A DNA stretch of 64,000 nt, taken from Auanema rhodensis. Lineage: Eukaryota > Animalia > Nematoda. Of this stretch, positions 1-12,382 are shown piece by piece (within the stretch, counting starts at the first letter, position 1; each line of letters opens with the position of its first letter). The translations under genes were made by a program, and so were the position numbers. The notes under the pieces are model-generated. The model ran no database searches. It saw nothing but the letters and a program-made list of their open reading frames with translations, and had not been told where the DNA came from. The DNA lies in assembly GCA_964057225.1 (NCBI GenBank), contig OZ059896.1, forward strand, positions 11,904,001 to 11,968,000, given 5' to 3'.

Positions 1-2330
1 ATTTTAAACAATTTTATATTTCTACCACAATTTCATAATTTCATTTTTTAAATTTTTAATCATTAAAAAACATTTGAATTTCAATATTGTGATGCTCAAA
101 AACTGAAACATTTAAATATTCTGTATTTTCTAAACCATTTCACTCCATCTCTTTTATTTAGATCCATATTTTAAACAATTTTATATTTCTACCACGAATT
201 CATAATTTCCTTTTTTAAATTTTTAATCATTAAAAAACATTTAAATTTCAATATTGTGATGCTCAAAAACTGAAACATTTGAATATTCTGTAATTTCTAA
301 ACCATTTCACTCCATCTCTTTTATTTAATTCCATATTTTAAACAATTTTATATTTCTACCACAATTTCATAATTTCATTTGTTAAATTTTTAATCATTAA
401 AAAACATTTGAATTTCAATATTGTGATGCTCAAAAACTGAAACATTTAAATATTCTGTATTTTCTAAACCATTTCACTCCATCTCTTTTATTTAGATCCA
501 TATTTTAAACAATTTTATATTTCTACCACGAATTCATAATTTCTTTTTTTAAATTTTTAATCATTAAAAAACATTTAAATTTCAATATTGTGGTGCTCAA
601 AAACTGAAACATTTAAATATTCTGTATTTTCTAAACCATTTCACTCCATCTCTTTTATTTAGATCCATATTTTAAACAATTTTATATTTCTACCACGAAT
701 TCATAATTTCTTTTTTTAAATTTTTAATCATTAAAAAACATTTAAATTTCAATATTGTGATGATCAAAAACTGAAACATTTAAATATTTTGTATTTTCTA
801 AACCATTTCACTCCATATCTTTTATTTAATTCCATATTTTAAACAATTTTATATTTCTACCACATTTTCATAATTTCATTTTTTAAATTTTTAATCATCA
901 AAAAACATTTGAATTTCAATATTGTGATGATCCAAAACTGAAACCTTTAAATATTTTTTATTTTCTAAACCATTTCACTCCATCTATTTTATTTAATCCC
1001 ATATTTTAACAATTTTATATTTTCACCACAATTTCATAATTTCATTTTTTAAATTTTTAATCATCAAAAAACATTTAAATTTCAATATTGTGATGATCCA
1101 AAACTGAAACCTTTAAATATTTTTTATTTTCTAAACCATTTCACTCCATCTATTTTATTTAATCCCATATTTTAACAATTTTATATTTTCACCACAATTT
1201 CATAATTTCATTTTTTAAATTTTTAATCATCAAAAAACATTTAAATTTCAATATTGTCCAAAACTGAAACCTTTAAATATTTTTTATTTTCTAAACCATT
1301 TCACTCCATCTATTTTATTTAATCCCATATTTTAACAATTTTATATTTTCACCACTATTTCATAATTTCATTTTTTAAATTTTTAATCATCAAAAAACAT
1401 TTAAATTTCAATATTGTGATGATCCAAAACTGAAACCTTTAAATATTTTTTATTTTCTAAACCATTTCACTCCATCTATTTTATTTAATCCCATATTTTA
1501 ACAATTTTATATTTTCACCACTATTTCATAATTTCATTTTTTAAATTTTTAATCATCAAAAAACATTTAAATTTCAATATTGTGATGATCCAAAACTGAA
1601 ACCTTTAAATATTTTTTATTTTCTAAACCATTTCACTCCATCTATTTTATTTAATCCCATATTTTAAACAATTTTATATTTCTACCGCTATTTCATAATT
1701 TCATTTTTTAAATTTTTAATCATCAAAAAACATTTAAATTTCAATATTGTGATGATCCAAAACTGAAACCTTTAAATATTTTTTATTTTCTAAACCATTT
1801 CACTCCATCTATTTTATTCAATCCCATATTTTAAACAATTTTATATTTCTACCGCTATTTCATAATTTCATTTTTTAAATTTTTAATCTTTAAAAAACAT
1901 TTAAATTTCAATATTGTGATGCTCAAAAACTGAAACATTTAAATATTCTGTATTTTCCAAACCATTTTACTCCATCTCCTTTATTTAATCCCATATTTTA
2001 ACAATTTTATATTTTTACCACTATTTCATAATTTCATTTTTAAAATTTTTAATCATCAAAAAACATTTAAATTTCAATATTGTGATGATCCAAAACTGAA
2101 ACCTTTAAATATTTTTTATTTTCTAAACCATTTCACTCCATCTATTTTATTTAATCCCATATTTTAAATAATTTTATATTTCTACCGCTATTTCATAATT
2201 TCATTCTTCAAATTTTTAATCATTAAAAACATTTAAATTTCATTATTGTGATGCTCAAAAACTGAAACATTTAAATATTTTGTATTTTCTAAACCATTTC
2301 ACTCCATCTCTTTTATATAATTCCATATTT
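1..2330. repeat. 167-bp AT-rich tandem satellite, ~14 copies (runs off the left edge)
   Basis: Unit ATTTTAAACAATTTTATATTTCTACC...AAACCATTTCACTCCATC... recurs at 1, 168, 335 and onward. Confidence 0.97.
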
Positions 2331-2334
2331 TATT

Positions 2335-2804
2335 AAAATACATTTAAAAAGAAATATTATTAAAAATATATTTAAAAAGAAATATTATTAAAAATATATT
2401 TAAAAAGAAATAATTAAATAATAATATTATTAAAAATATATTTAAAAAGAAATAATTAAATAATAATATTTAAAACATATATAAATATTAAAAATACATT
2501 TAAAAAGAAATAGTTTTAAAAATATTTACAAATACAATTAACAAATATATAAATAATAAAAATTCATTTAAAAATACATTAAAAAATAATTTTAAAAATG
2601 ATTTTTAAAAAAAATCATGCGTTTTGATCCATGCGCAGGCTCGAAAGCCTGCCTCGGGAGGAAAAGTTTATTTTTGACAGCTGACGCCGAAAATATGATT
2701 TTGACAGCTGACGCCCCCAAAAGTATGTTTTTAGCAGCTGACGCCCTCAAAAGTATGTTTTTAGCAACTGTTTGGGGGCGTGGTTTGTAAATTCGGCATG
2801 GCTT
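2335..2804 (-). repeat. Maverick TIR, subfamily B, reverse orientation, terminal bases missing
   Basis: Reverse complement of 33071-33520 (CAGCTGACG sub-repeats, GGGGGCG..AATTCGGCATGGCTT). Confidence 0.8.
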
Positions 2805-3504
2805 AATTATATTTATTCTAACAAGTAAAGGTTTCAAATTATAATAAAAGATTAGTTTTAAACTTTATTTCTTTAATATAACAATACAAAAACTCTATAG
2901 AACACACATTGAAAGTAAATACGACGGGATTAACAAACAGTTGCGCTGACCTCAATGAAACGCATAAAGTTAATTTAATAAGAAGGAATAACAAAAATTA
3001 ATCCGACGGGGACAATAAAAACAGATGTATTCAATATGCTTATTTATTTTAAAGTTTATCGCAACTGCTAGTTTTGACAGCTGTACCCAAATCCATGTTA
3101 CATAACAAATTACAATGCCAACAGCAATGTGTAGACTGATGTATTCATTATATCAAGGTACAATGGCTGCTAATAGGTTGTGTCTTTTTGATTATTTGTT
3201 TGTAAACTTTTTTTTTTTAGTTATAAACGTTTATGTGAAGAGCTTGGAAAAAAAATGATTTACCCATAACAAGTACGGTGAACAAAATTATCTACATGCA
3301 AAATACAAGCAAAATAAGTAAACAAACATAATTAATAAATATAATAAATGAATAAAGAAATAATTAACATTTTAAATCAAATTAATATATTTAAAATTTA
3401 AGTATAATTTATATATATAAAGGTTAAATATAATTTAAATATTTAAAATTTAAATAAAATTTATAAATATAAAATTTAAATATAATTTAAATATTTAAAA
3501 TTTA

Positions 3505-3630
3505 GTTTCACCACAAAAGGCTGCAATGGTGGAGCGAGCAAATAAAACTTTAAAAACACGCATGATGAAATATCTCTATTACAAGAATAATCATCGTTGA
3601 TATCCTAGATGATTTGGTTGAAGGAATAAG
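3505..3630 (+). pseudogene. Small fragment of Maverick integrase
   Basis: Near-identical to 27645-27775 (SPQKAAMVERANKTLKTRMMKYLYYKNNHR). Confidence 0.85.
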
Positions 3631-4003
3631 TCAATTAAAATTTAATGTCATTCTTATCGAATTAACCTTCGATATGTGTCCCATTAAATTTTGTATTTCA
3701 TATCGTTCTTATCGAATTAACTTTCGATATGTGTTCCATTAAATTTTGTATTTCATATCGTTCTGATCGAATTAACTTTCGATATGTGTTCCATTGAATT
3801 ACCCATAACAAGTACGGTGAACAAAATTATCTACATGCAAAAATTTTATTGTTCTTTAAAATACAAATAAAACAGTACAAACACAATACAATATTATAAA
3901 ATAATAAACAAAATAAGTAAACAAACATAATTAATAAATATAATAAATGAATAAAGAAATAAATCAAATTTTAAATCAAATTAATATATTTAAAATTTAA
4001 ATA

Positions 4004-4370
4004 TGTTATGTTTGTACGTTGATAGATCGCTTTCTGATCTTTATCAAAGTAATGATCTAAGGATCTACCTTCCCGCTTTTTTATTTCACTATATAAGAGA
4101 TTAAAACACATGTACAGTGTCTCCAGTTGTTTCTTTTTATCTTTTACTTTTTCTTTTGTTCTAAGAGGAACCTTACGAGTACGTTATCTACGTTATTTTT
4201 GGTCTAGACAGTTACTTATTTTTGATCTTGCGTTATAGCTTTTATATAAGTTCTTTTTCATTGTTTTTTTACGGTTTCCTAAAGAGTAAAGGCTATCTTT
4301 TGCCTTCCTTTTTTTTAGTAATAAAGTGTTGTGATTCAAAAAGGGTTCTTTAGTACGTGAAATTACCACA
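4004..4370 (+). repeat. G1 5' LTR
   Basis: TGTTATG...TTACCACA; two differences from 9270-9636 seen by eye. Confidence 0.97.
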
Positions 4371-4383
4371 TGGGGGCCGAACC
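4371..4383 (+). promoter_or_regulatory. Primer-binding site, tRNA-Pro
   Basis: TGGGGGCCGAACC directly after the LTR, complementary to the 3' end (GGTTCGGCCC+CCA) of nematode-type tRNA-Pro. Confidence 0.85.
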
Positions 4384-4513
4384 AAACTAAAACAAAGAAC
4401 AACTTAGGTATACGAGTCTAGACCAGATTTATCAGATTTCATACAACGTTAAAATCTCCTTATTTTTCCTGGTGTTTTTGGCAATATATAGCTTGTAATA
4501 GCTTAATTAAAGA

Positions 4514-5268
4514 ATGTCAAGAGAAGACAGTTTCGAGAATCCAGATGTACTGGTAGAAGATGTAGGGAATGATGATCCCGTTATTGAGGTGAGTAGCAGG
4601 TTTGACGAAGTAGACCAATTGTTTACAAGTCTGAAAGCCGAAGTTATAAAGTATTCCAAAATCGCATGTAAAACGCGAAAGAATACGTATATAACGCCTG
4701 TAACGGTCACAAGGACCATTGGCATGGTCATGAGGCAAATAAAGGCAAAGCTGTTGGAGCAAACGAATGCTCCCGAAGAGTTTCAGCCTTTGCTAACAGC
4801 GTTTCGCTAGCAGAGCTTTGGGAAGCTTTAGACCAGCGTAAAAGGCTAGAGGATGAACTAGCACTAGCTAAACAACACCAGTGTGTACCTGTTAAACCGC
4901 CCTCGTTACAGACTGCGTTCACTCAGGAACAGGGTGTTGGTTCTTATAGTAGCGGAGTAACACTCGAGCCATCACCGGCTGCAGGTAGGAGTGATTGGGC
5001 TCAACCGCAATATAATAACTATCCTCAGGAGATGAGAAGAGAGCAGAGGTTAAGAGAGGAGCCACCGCCGCCACCAACCCAGGCAGAACCAGAACAGCAA
5101 TCAGGTACGACCACTTCACCTTTTGGACGTATGAGTGAAAATCTGTTCAATAGCTGGGTTACCAGTCAAATGATGCCAAAGTTGAAGCCATATAGTGGCA
5201 CAGGGGAACATACCATGCTCAACCGAACTATTAACCGCGTCACGCGAACGCATGGAGGTAGTAGGTAA
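4514..5268 (+). pseudogene. gag: G1 gag remnant (stops, frameshift, deletion before protease)
   Basis: Broken ORFs 4514-4810 and 5032-5268 (MPKLKPYSG capsid-start-like motif) in the gag position. Confidence 0.65.
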
Positions 5269-8175
5269 AATAGACACGCATATCACGCTCCAGAAAAACG
5301 GTCGTAGCACCGTAGCGACAGTAATCATAGTTAAGGGATTAGGATGTAGGGTGATACTGGGACGCAACATATGGGAGCCATTAGGCCTCAGCATACAAAT
5401 AGAACCTGCAAGCGAACACTCCACGCAATTAGTTCACAGAATAATGCTATTACCGGGAGAGACCAAATTGATAGAAATTAGCCCACCTAGCATAACAAGC
5501 GCCGTATTTTGGGCATCGAACCCATATATGCCTTCAGTTATGGCGTTTGATAGGAATAATTGGAGTATACCGGTAACTAACACAAGTTTAGTACCACTGG
5601 TATGGCCTAAAGGAACCCAGATCGGGAGATGGGTACCTCAAAATGATGTAGAGGTCAACACGGTGAATAGTGTAGCAGTAGATAAAACACTACTAGATAC
5701 AGGGGGAGTGGAACTGCCTTCTACGGAAGAGAAAGAAAAGCTACTTAGCAAGATGATTAACGAATCAAATATCGTAGCAGAGATGAAAACCGAGCTTCGT
5801 TCGATCGTGACTCAGTACGTAGATGTATTCGCGGCCACAGACGCAGAGCTAAGGCCAAGTAACAAATGCATAGCCGCCATTGACACAGGCGAGGCTAGAC
5901 CTGTTAAGCAACGGATGCGAACAGTCCCATTAGGAATACGAAAAGAGTTAGATGACTTACTCACTGGTTTGGAACATCATGGGGTAATACAAAAATCTAG
6001 TTCAGCATGGAGCAGTCCATTGGTTTTAGTAAGAAAGAAGGACGGAGGGTTACGAATGTGTGTTGATTTCCGGGAATTGAACAAGTTGACAAAAGTAGAT
6101 GCATACCCATTACCAAGCATGGAGCAGGCGCTTCAAGCTTTAGCGGGAAAAACTGTATTCTCAACCCTCGATTTGGCTAGCGGATTCTACCAGATCTCCT
6201 TACGGGAGGAAGATAGAAATAAGACGGCGTTCTCAACGAGTAAAGGGTCGTATCAGTTTTGCGTACTTCCGTTCGGGATGATTAATTCCCCAGCCATTTT
6301 TCAACGGATGATGGATAGCATATTGAACCCTACAGGATTAGTGGGTGATGAAGTCCAGGTATATTTGGATGATATCCTAATAGCCACCACAAGTGAACAA
6401 AGGCATATAATAGTTCTAGAACAAATATTTTCCGTTCTGAGAGCAGCCGGATTGAAATTAAAACCACAAAAATGCAAGTTCCTACAGACTCATGTTGAGT
6501 ATTTGGGTTACATAATAGACAAACAAGGTCTTAAAGTAAACCCCGCCAAAACCAAAGCAATAACAGAGTTTTCAAAACCCAAAAATGAAGACGAAGTGAG
6601 AACTTTCGTAGGGATGTGCACATTCTACAGGAAATTTGTGCCAAACTTCGCGAGTAAGGCAAGACCCCTATATGAGTTGACAAAGGATTCCTCAGAGTGG
6701 AAATGGTCCGAGCTAGCAGAGGAATCATTCACAACGTTGAGGAGTAACATAGCGAAATCTCCCATATTAGCTCAACCGAATATAATGCAAGCAAAAAGTG
6801 GGGTTGCCCCATTTATCATCTTTAGTGACGCTTCACGTATAGGTACGGGCGCTGTACTATCACAGAAAGGCGAAGATGGATGTTTACATCCGGTAGCGTT
6901 TGCATCAAAAAGCTTATCGAAACATGAGAAAAACTATACGGTTACAGACCTTGAGGGTCTAGGAGTCATACACGCCGTCAAACGATTTCACCCCATAATA
7001 TATGGTTGCGAGTGTATTGTTCGCACTGACCATCAGCCACTGTTAGCATTATTATGTGGTAAAAACACTTCAGCCCGAGTAATGAGATGGGTACTAGAAT
7101 TAAGAGGCTATCAGATAAAGATAGAATATGTAAAAGGTACCACGAATAAAGTTGCAGACGCACTATCACGTGGCCCTGTTGAAAGCGCAGACAATGTGGA
7201 AGAGGCATTGATTTTGAACGAAACAATCGTAGCACAAGTCACCGAGACACAAAAATGGATTGACGAGCTAGCAGAAGACAGCGAGTATAGCGATACGTGA
7301 CGATGAACAAGTCTTCAGTTACGAGATCATAGAAGATGTTTTATACTTCATCAGTGACAAGGGCAAAGAACAGAAGATAGTGCCACGATCCGTTAGAACA
7401 AACTTGATCGAACAGTATCACGAAGGAAAATGGGCGGCACACTTAGGAATACCTCGAACGATAAAAAAGGATAAAGGAGCATTACATATGGAAAGGTTTA
7501 GAAAAAGACATTCGGGAATATCACAAAAAGTGTATAGAGTGTAGACTCACGAATACAAAAGGTGCGCATGTACCACCGTTGCAACCGATACTAACTACAG
7601 AACCTTTTGAGCTAGTAGCAGTAGACCTATTGGAGTTAGGCAGAACATCGAACGGACACGAATACGTCCTCACTATATTAGACCATTTCTCGAAATGGAT
7701 GGGGGCCTACGCATTGAAAAGTAAATCTGCTCGTGAAGTATGCGAAGTACTAGCTTACGAATGGATCGGCAGATGCGGCTGGTGGCCCAAACGCATATTA
7801 TCAGATCAGGGAACAGAATTTGATAACGCATTAATGAACGAACTAAGTAGACAGTTCAAAATAGAGTTGGTAAAAACAAAAGGATATAATTCACGCATGA
7901 ACGGAGGAGATGAGAGAGCTCAACAGACGTTACAACGAATGATTAAGAAACAGGCAGAGTCGCCAGCAGAATGGGACCGCCTCTTGCCTTTCGTAACATT
8001 TGCATATAATACGTCCTGCCACAAAAGTACCGGATTCACGCCTTATGAGTTAATTTATGGACGAACACCGTCTGAACTACTACAAAGAACCTGCTGTTCA
8101 TCTAACTCAATATGGAGATTACGTAAGCGAATTAAGAGAAGTATTAACATGTGCAAGAAAACTCGCCAAGCTTAA
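5195..8175 (+). pseudogene. pol: G1 pol: protease C-half, RT, RNase H, integrase (frameshifted near 7300, 7470 and 8060)
   Basis: ILGRN, WSSPLVLV, LDLASGFYQ, LPFGM, YLDD, SDAS, TDH, NKVADALSR, then VAVDL/SDQGTEF/NGGDER integrase core. Confidence 0.95.
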
Positions 8176-9259
8176 ATTGGAAAAACAGGCAGAAAAAATG
8201 AAACATCGATATGATACGATACACAAAGTGGATGAAAATAAGTTACCTAAAGCAGGCGACAAGGTATACTTAAAACTAAGCAATAGTACGAGCAATCATA
8301 GGAAATCGGTTCACAACATGAAAGGTCCATGCCAAGTTATAGAAGCAGGAAAGACTTCAGCTTGTATACAAGGAGAGCGCGATACCGTACCCACTAGGGC
8401 ACAACATGATTTACTCATCCCCGTTACTGCAGATATGGGCACACCGAAAAATGTAACAGAAGGGAGACGACCGAGAGGCAGACCGCAGAAGAATAAAAAT
8501 GCACCAGTAGCATATGTTAACGAAATTATTTTCAGTATTAATGAAGAAGTTCTCAGGGAAAGAATAGTCAGCACTATACGAGGAGGTAGTGTAGGAAACA
8601 TAGGTTCCAAAAGAAGAGAAGACATCTTGATTTTACCCCCCTCAATGAATATTGTGAAGGAACCAGGAACATTCCAAATCCGCGGCGGAGCTGTGAGAAT
8701 TGGACACACTAGTAGAGGGATATCTAGTATTCTAGAAGAAATTTGGGAAGCAGTCCCAAACTTGGTCATAGTACTACCAGCAATGAGCGTATCGGCAGTA
8801 CGGATATGGTTCCCAGTTAAAAAAATACGAGAATTCATAGAAAGAAAAGAGTGTACGAGAGTTACGGTGATATTTCCTCCTGTATGGACACCCAGCTATG
8901 AAGAAGTGATAGGGGAAATAGAGCAGGAAGTACAGGTTCTACGAATGTGGTTAGAAGCAAAATATATAGAAGCTATGATCGACATGATTGGAGATAAGAA
9001 TCTAGGAGACGTGCGGTTACTGGACGTTCAAGGATGCCTCGGATTACTCAAGAAAATACACCTGACAATCGACGAAGCCGAAATATTTCTGTTCACTCTG
9101 TCAATGCATCTCGTCAAGCTGGGAAACGACTCATACCAGATCCAAATCAATAAAAAGCAAGCTGACACTCGAAGAAACGCACATATAACTACTAGAAAGA
9201 GACGCTCCAATCAGGATTCACCACACAAAGCCAGAAGACAGGGACGTCTTCATGATTAG
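8057..9259 (+). CDS. G1 integrase C-terminus plus long extension of unknown function (AT-hook RPRGRP)
   Basis: 400-aa ORF with GDKVYLK/KGPC GPY-F-like module, then an unrecognised alpha/beta domain. Confidence 0.7.
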   Translation: MDEHRLNYYKEPAVHLTQYGDYVSELREVLTCARKLAKLKLEKQAEKMKHRYDTIHKVDENKLPKAGDKVYLKLSNSTSNHRKSVHNMKGPCQVIEAGKTSACIQGERDTVPTRAQHDLLIPVTADMGTPKNVTEGRRPRGRPQKNKNAPVAYVNEIIFSINEEVLRERIVSTIRGGSVGNIGSKRREDILILPPSMNIVKEPGTFQIRGGAVRIGHTSRGISSILEEIWEAVPNLVIVLPAMSVSAVRIWFPVKKIREFIERKECTRVTVIFPPVWTPSYEEVIGEIEQEVQVLRMWLEAKYIEAMIDMIGDKNLGDVRLLDVQGCLGLLKKIHLTIDEAEIFLFTLSMHLVKLGNDSYQIQINKKQADTRRNAHITTRKRRSNQDSPHKARRQGRLHD

Positions 9260-9269
9260 TCCCCCCCCA

Positions 9270-9636
9270 TGTTATGTTTGTACGTTGATAGATCGCTTTC
9301 TGATCTTTATCAAAGTAATGATCTAAGGATCTACCTTCCCGCTTTTTTATTTCACTATATAAGGGATTAAAACACATGTACAGTGTCTCCAGTTGTTTCT
9401 TTTTATCTTTTACTTTTTCTTTTGTTCCAAGAGGAACCTTACGAGTACGTTATCTACGTTATTTTTGGTCTAGACAGTTACTTATTTTTGATCTTGCGTT
9501 ATAGCTTTTATATAAGTTCTTTTTCATTGTTTTTTTACGGTTTCCTAAAGAGTAAAGGCTATCTTTTGCCTTCCTTTTTTTTAGTAATAAAGTGTTGTGA
9601 TTCAAAAAGGGTTCTTTAGTACGTGAAATTACCACA
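9270..9636 (+). repeat. G1 3' LTR
   Basis: Direct repeat of 4004-4370, followed by TSD AATA. Confidence 0.97.
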
Positions 9637-10002
9637 AATATAATTTATATATATAAAGGTTAAATATAATTTAAATATTTAAAATTTAAATATAATTTAA
9701 ATATTTAAAATTTAGATTTTTTTTTCACTTAATATATTTAAAAATTAATTAAAAATATATAATTATATACATATATACATTTGAAAAAGCATATTTAAGT
9801 TTGATTTGAAAAAAAAATTTAAATCATGCTTTAAATCATGATTTTTAAATTTAAAAAACGAAAATCCATGAGACATGATCCCAAAATATGATTTTAACAG
9901 CTGACGCTCAAAAATAAGTTTTTGACAGCTGACGCGCCTCAAAAGTATGTTTTTGACAGCTGTTTGGGGGCGTGGTTAGTAAATTTTGCACGGCTCTCTA
10001 CT

Positions 10003-10428
10003 GACATGCTAGAATAGGAACGCATCTGTAAAAGAAAAAATAAAAATTAGAATTAATAATTTTATAATCTTACATTGATTGTTGAATTTTTAGGTTTATA
10101 ATGACGGCAAACTTAAGGCATCATTCCTCGCTCTACACTTGACACAGAGGCTGAAACAGTGGTACTCGTCTACGACTTGCAATGTATTCCTACAAGTTGT
10201 GCAGAGACATATTGGTCTCATAACTACAGGCTGTTGTGGAGAGCTATCCATTGAGATTTGTACCTGCTTTTTTGGTGTGTCTAAACAAAAAATAATTGAT
10301 AACAAAAATAAAACCCTACCAAAGAATGTGGCAGCAAAGTTGGGTCCTGGTGTGGGTGGTCGTGGAACATCCGGTTCCGGTGTCGAAGGTACAATATTCT
10401 CTACATCAACAAGAGCGGAACGCTTCAT
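10003..10428 (-). pseudogene. Spliced Maverick-associated D-box/Cys-cluster gene, paralog, truncated in exon 3 by a TIR end
   Basis: MKRSALVDVEN...RPICLCTTC...CFSLCVKC...MRSYSS aligns with 46593-47176 with introns at equivalent positions. Confidence 0.7.
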
Positions 10429-10535
10429 GTTCGTAGCCCAATTGGAGGCTTTTCCTAAACAACAACGAACTTTTACGTCTATAATTATTAAATTAACTTT
10501 TAAAAAGTTTGTTGTTTTTCTAGGCAAACCATTTT

Positions 10536-11130
10536 AGTAGAGAGCCGTGCAAAATTTACTAACCACGCCCCCAAACAGCTGTCAAAAACATACTTTTGGG
10601 GGCGTCAGCTGCTAAAAACATACTTTTGGGGCGCGTCAGCTGTCAAAAACATATTTTTGAGCGTCAGCTGTTAAAATCATATTTTGGGATCATGGTTCAT
10701 GGATTCTCCTTTTTTAAATTTAAAAATCATGATTTAAAGCATGATTTAAATTTTTTTTTAAATCAAATTTAAATATGCTTTTTTAAATGTATATATATAA
10801 TTATATATTTTGAATTAATTTTTAAATATATTAAGTGAAAAAAAAAATGTAAATTTTAAATATTTAAATTATATTCAAATTTTATATTTATAAATTATAT
10901 TTAAATTATATTTAACCTTAATATATATAAATTATATTTAAATTTTAAATATATTAATTAGTTTTAAAATTTTATTACTTTATTCATTTATTATATTTAT
11001 TAATTATGTTTGTTTACTTATTTTGTTTACTTATTTTGTTTATTATGTTATAATATTGTGTTTTTTTACTGTTTTTATTTTTAAAGATCAATAAAATTTT
11101 TGCATGTAGATAATTTTGTTCACCGTACTT
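10536..11130 (+). repeat. Maverick TIR subfamily A (left end)
   Basis: Starts AGTAGAGAGCCGTGC; near-identical to 45055-45660. Confidence 0.85.
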
Positions 11131-12200
11131 TATCCACTCCTATTTACAAATACTTGACGTTTACCGCTTCGAGTACGCTCTTTTAAAACTTTTTCTATAT
11201 AGTACTGGTTGCTTTTATTAGTAGCCAAGACAAGTTCAGGTTCGTAGAATATTCCCTTTATACGTTCACCATTATAATCTACAAGTTTATACACGGTTGG
11301 GTTTCCGGTTACAACCTCATCAATTGTGAACAGCTCCATTGTATATCCAGACTCGTAGCTTTTTTCAAAAGTACGCCTATTTTTGCTTATGCGAACAGTA
11401 TCACCAATTTTAAAGCGGTTTTTAACAGCTGGTGCATATTCTTCAATGAATATATTTGCTTTAACATCAATGGGCCGCATTTTTTAGGAGCGGTTATAAG
11501 ATTTGTTTATTCCTTCAACCAAATCATCTAGGATATCAATCCAACGATGATTATTCTTGTAATAGAGATATTTCATCATGCGTGTTTTTAAAGTTCTATT
11601 TGCTCGCTCCACCATTGCAGCCTTTTGTGGTGAACTTGTAGATCCGTGCAGTATGGCAAACTTTTGGAATAGTTTTTCACAATGATTATTATAAAACTCT
11701 GTGCCATTATCAGTAATCAACTGAATTGGTATAAAATTCTTGAATAAACTTTCAAATGCACTAGCAACCTCTATACCACCTTTAGTTTTCAAAGGCCTAA
11801 CATATAACATGCGTGTATAAACATCAATCATGGTCAACATGTAAGCATAGCCGTCGTTTAATTTTTTATATTTTTGCATATCAACCAAATCTGCTTGCAC
11901 TATTAGAAATAAACTACATCCTCTAGTCTTTCTAGTCTGCATACGCATTCTGGTTGGTTTATGCCGTGTAAAAGTTTCAGAATCTTGCAAAAAATCATCA
12001 ACTTGTACCTTTGAAATGCCATGTTTTCGTGCTTGCGATAATAAATTCTTGGCTGATGTATATGAAGCTGGATGTTTTATATCGTAATAAATGCTCGCCA
12101 AAATATCATTTCCATAATCTAATGTAGAACTTTTTACGACCTTGGCCTTTCTGTGAGTCTCCTTCTTGTGGTGTGTAATATGATTCGGCGGCAGTATCAA
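11130..12200 (-). pseudogene. Maverick integrase-chromodomain, internal stop at 11484, 3' truncated
   Basis: QADLVDM, MIDVYTR, TDNGTEF, AAMVERANRTLK; KFKIGDTVRIS-like module; same protein as 47460-48577. Confidence 0.92.
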
Positions 12201-12382
12201 AAGTCTTTGACCTTTTACTTTTGAGTGTACGAACCGGTGATGGTGAATATCGAATAACAGCTTTACGATGACGAGGCGTTCTAGGTAATATAGTAGAGTC
12301 CAAGTCTATAACAGCCGGTTCAGCTCTAGTTACAACGTCAACTGAATCATTGTCAGTCGACTCTCTTCTAGTTTGTTTCTTG
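12106..12382 (-). pseudogene. C-terminal part of the Maverick ORF upstream of integrase
   Basis: Matches the C-terminus of 48483-49193; cut at 12382 by the 200-bp array. Confidence 0.85.

Larger units (their letters stand above)
4004..9636 (+). mobile_element. Gypsy/Ty3 LTR retrotransposon (family G1), both LTRs present, internally defective
   Basis: 367-bp LTRs TG..CA, 4-bp TSD AATA, PBS, RT-RH-IN order. Confidence 0.97.
3640..10002 (-). repeat. Maverick TIR subfamily A (right-end orientation), interrupted by the Gypsy insertion 4004-9636
   Basis: 3640-4003 plus 9641-10002 is the reverse complement of 45055-45780 and 10536-11130; ends ...GCACGGCTCTCTACT. Confidence 0.8.

Noticed and set aside
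2592-2837. ORFs with ASAVK repeats (also 33131, 37295)
   Set aside because: Translations of the 30-bp TIR sub-repeats
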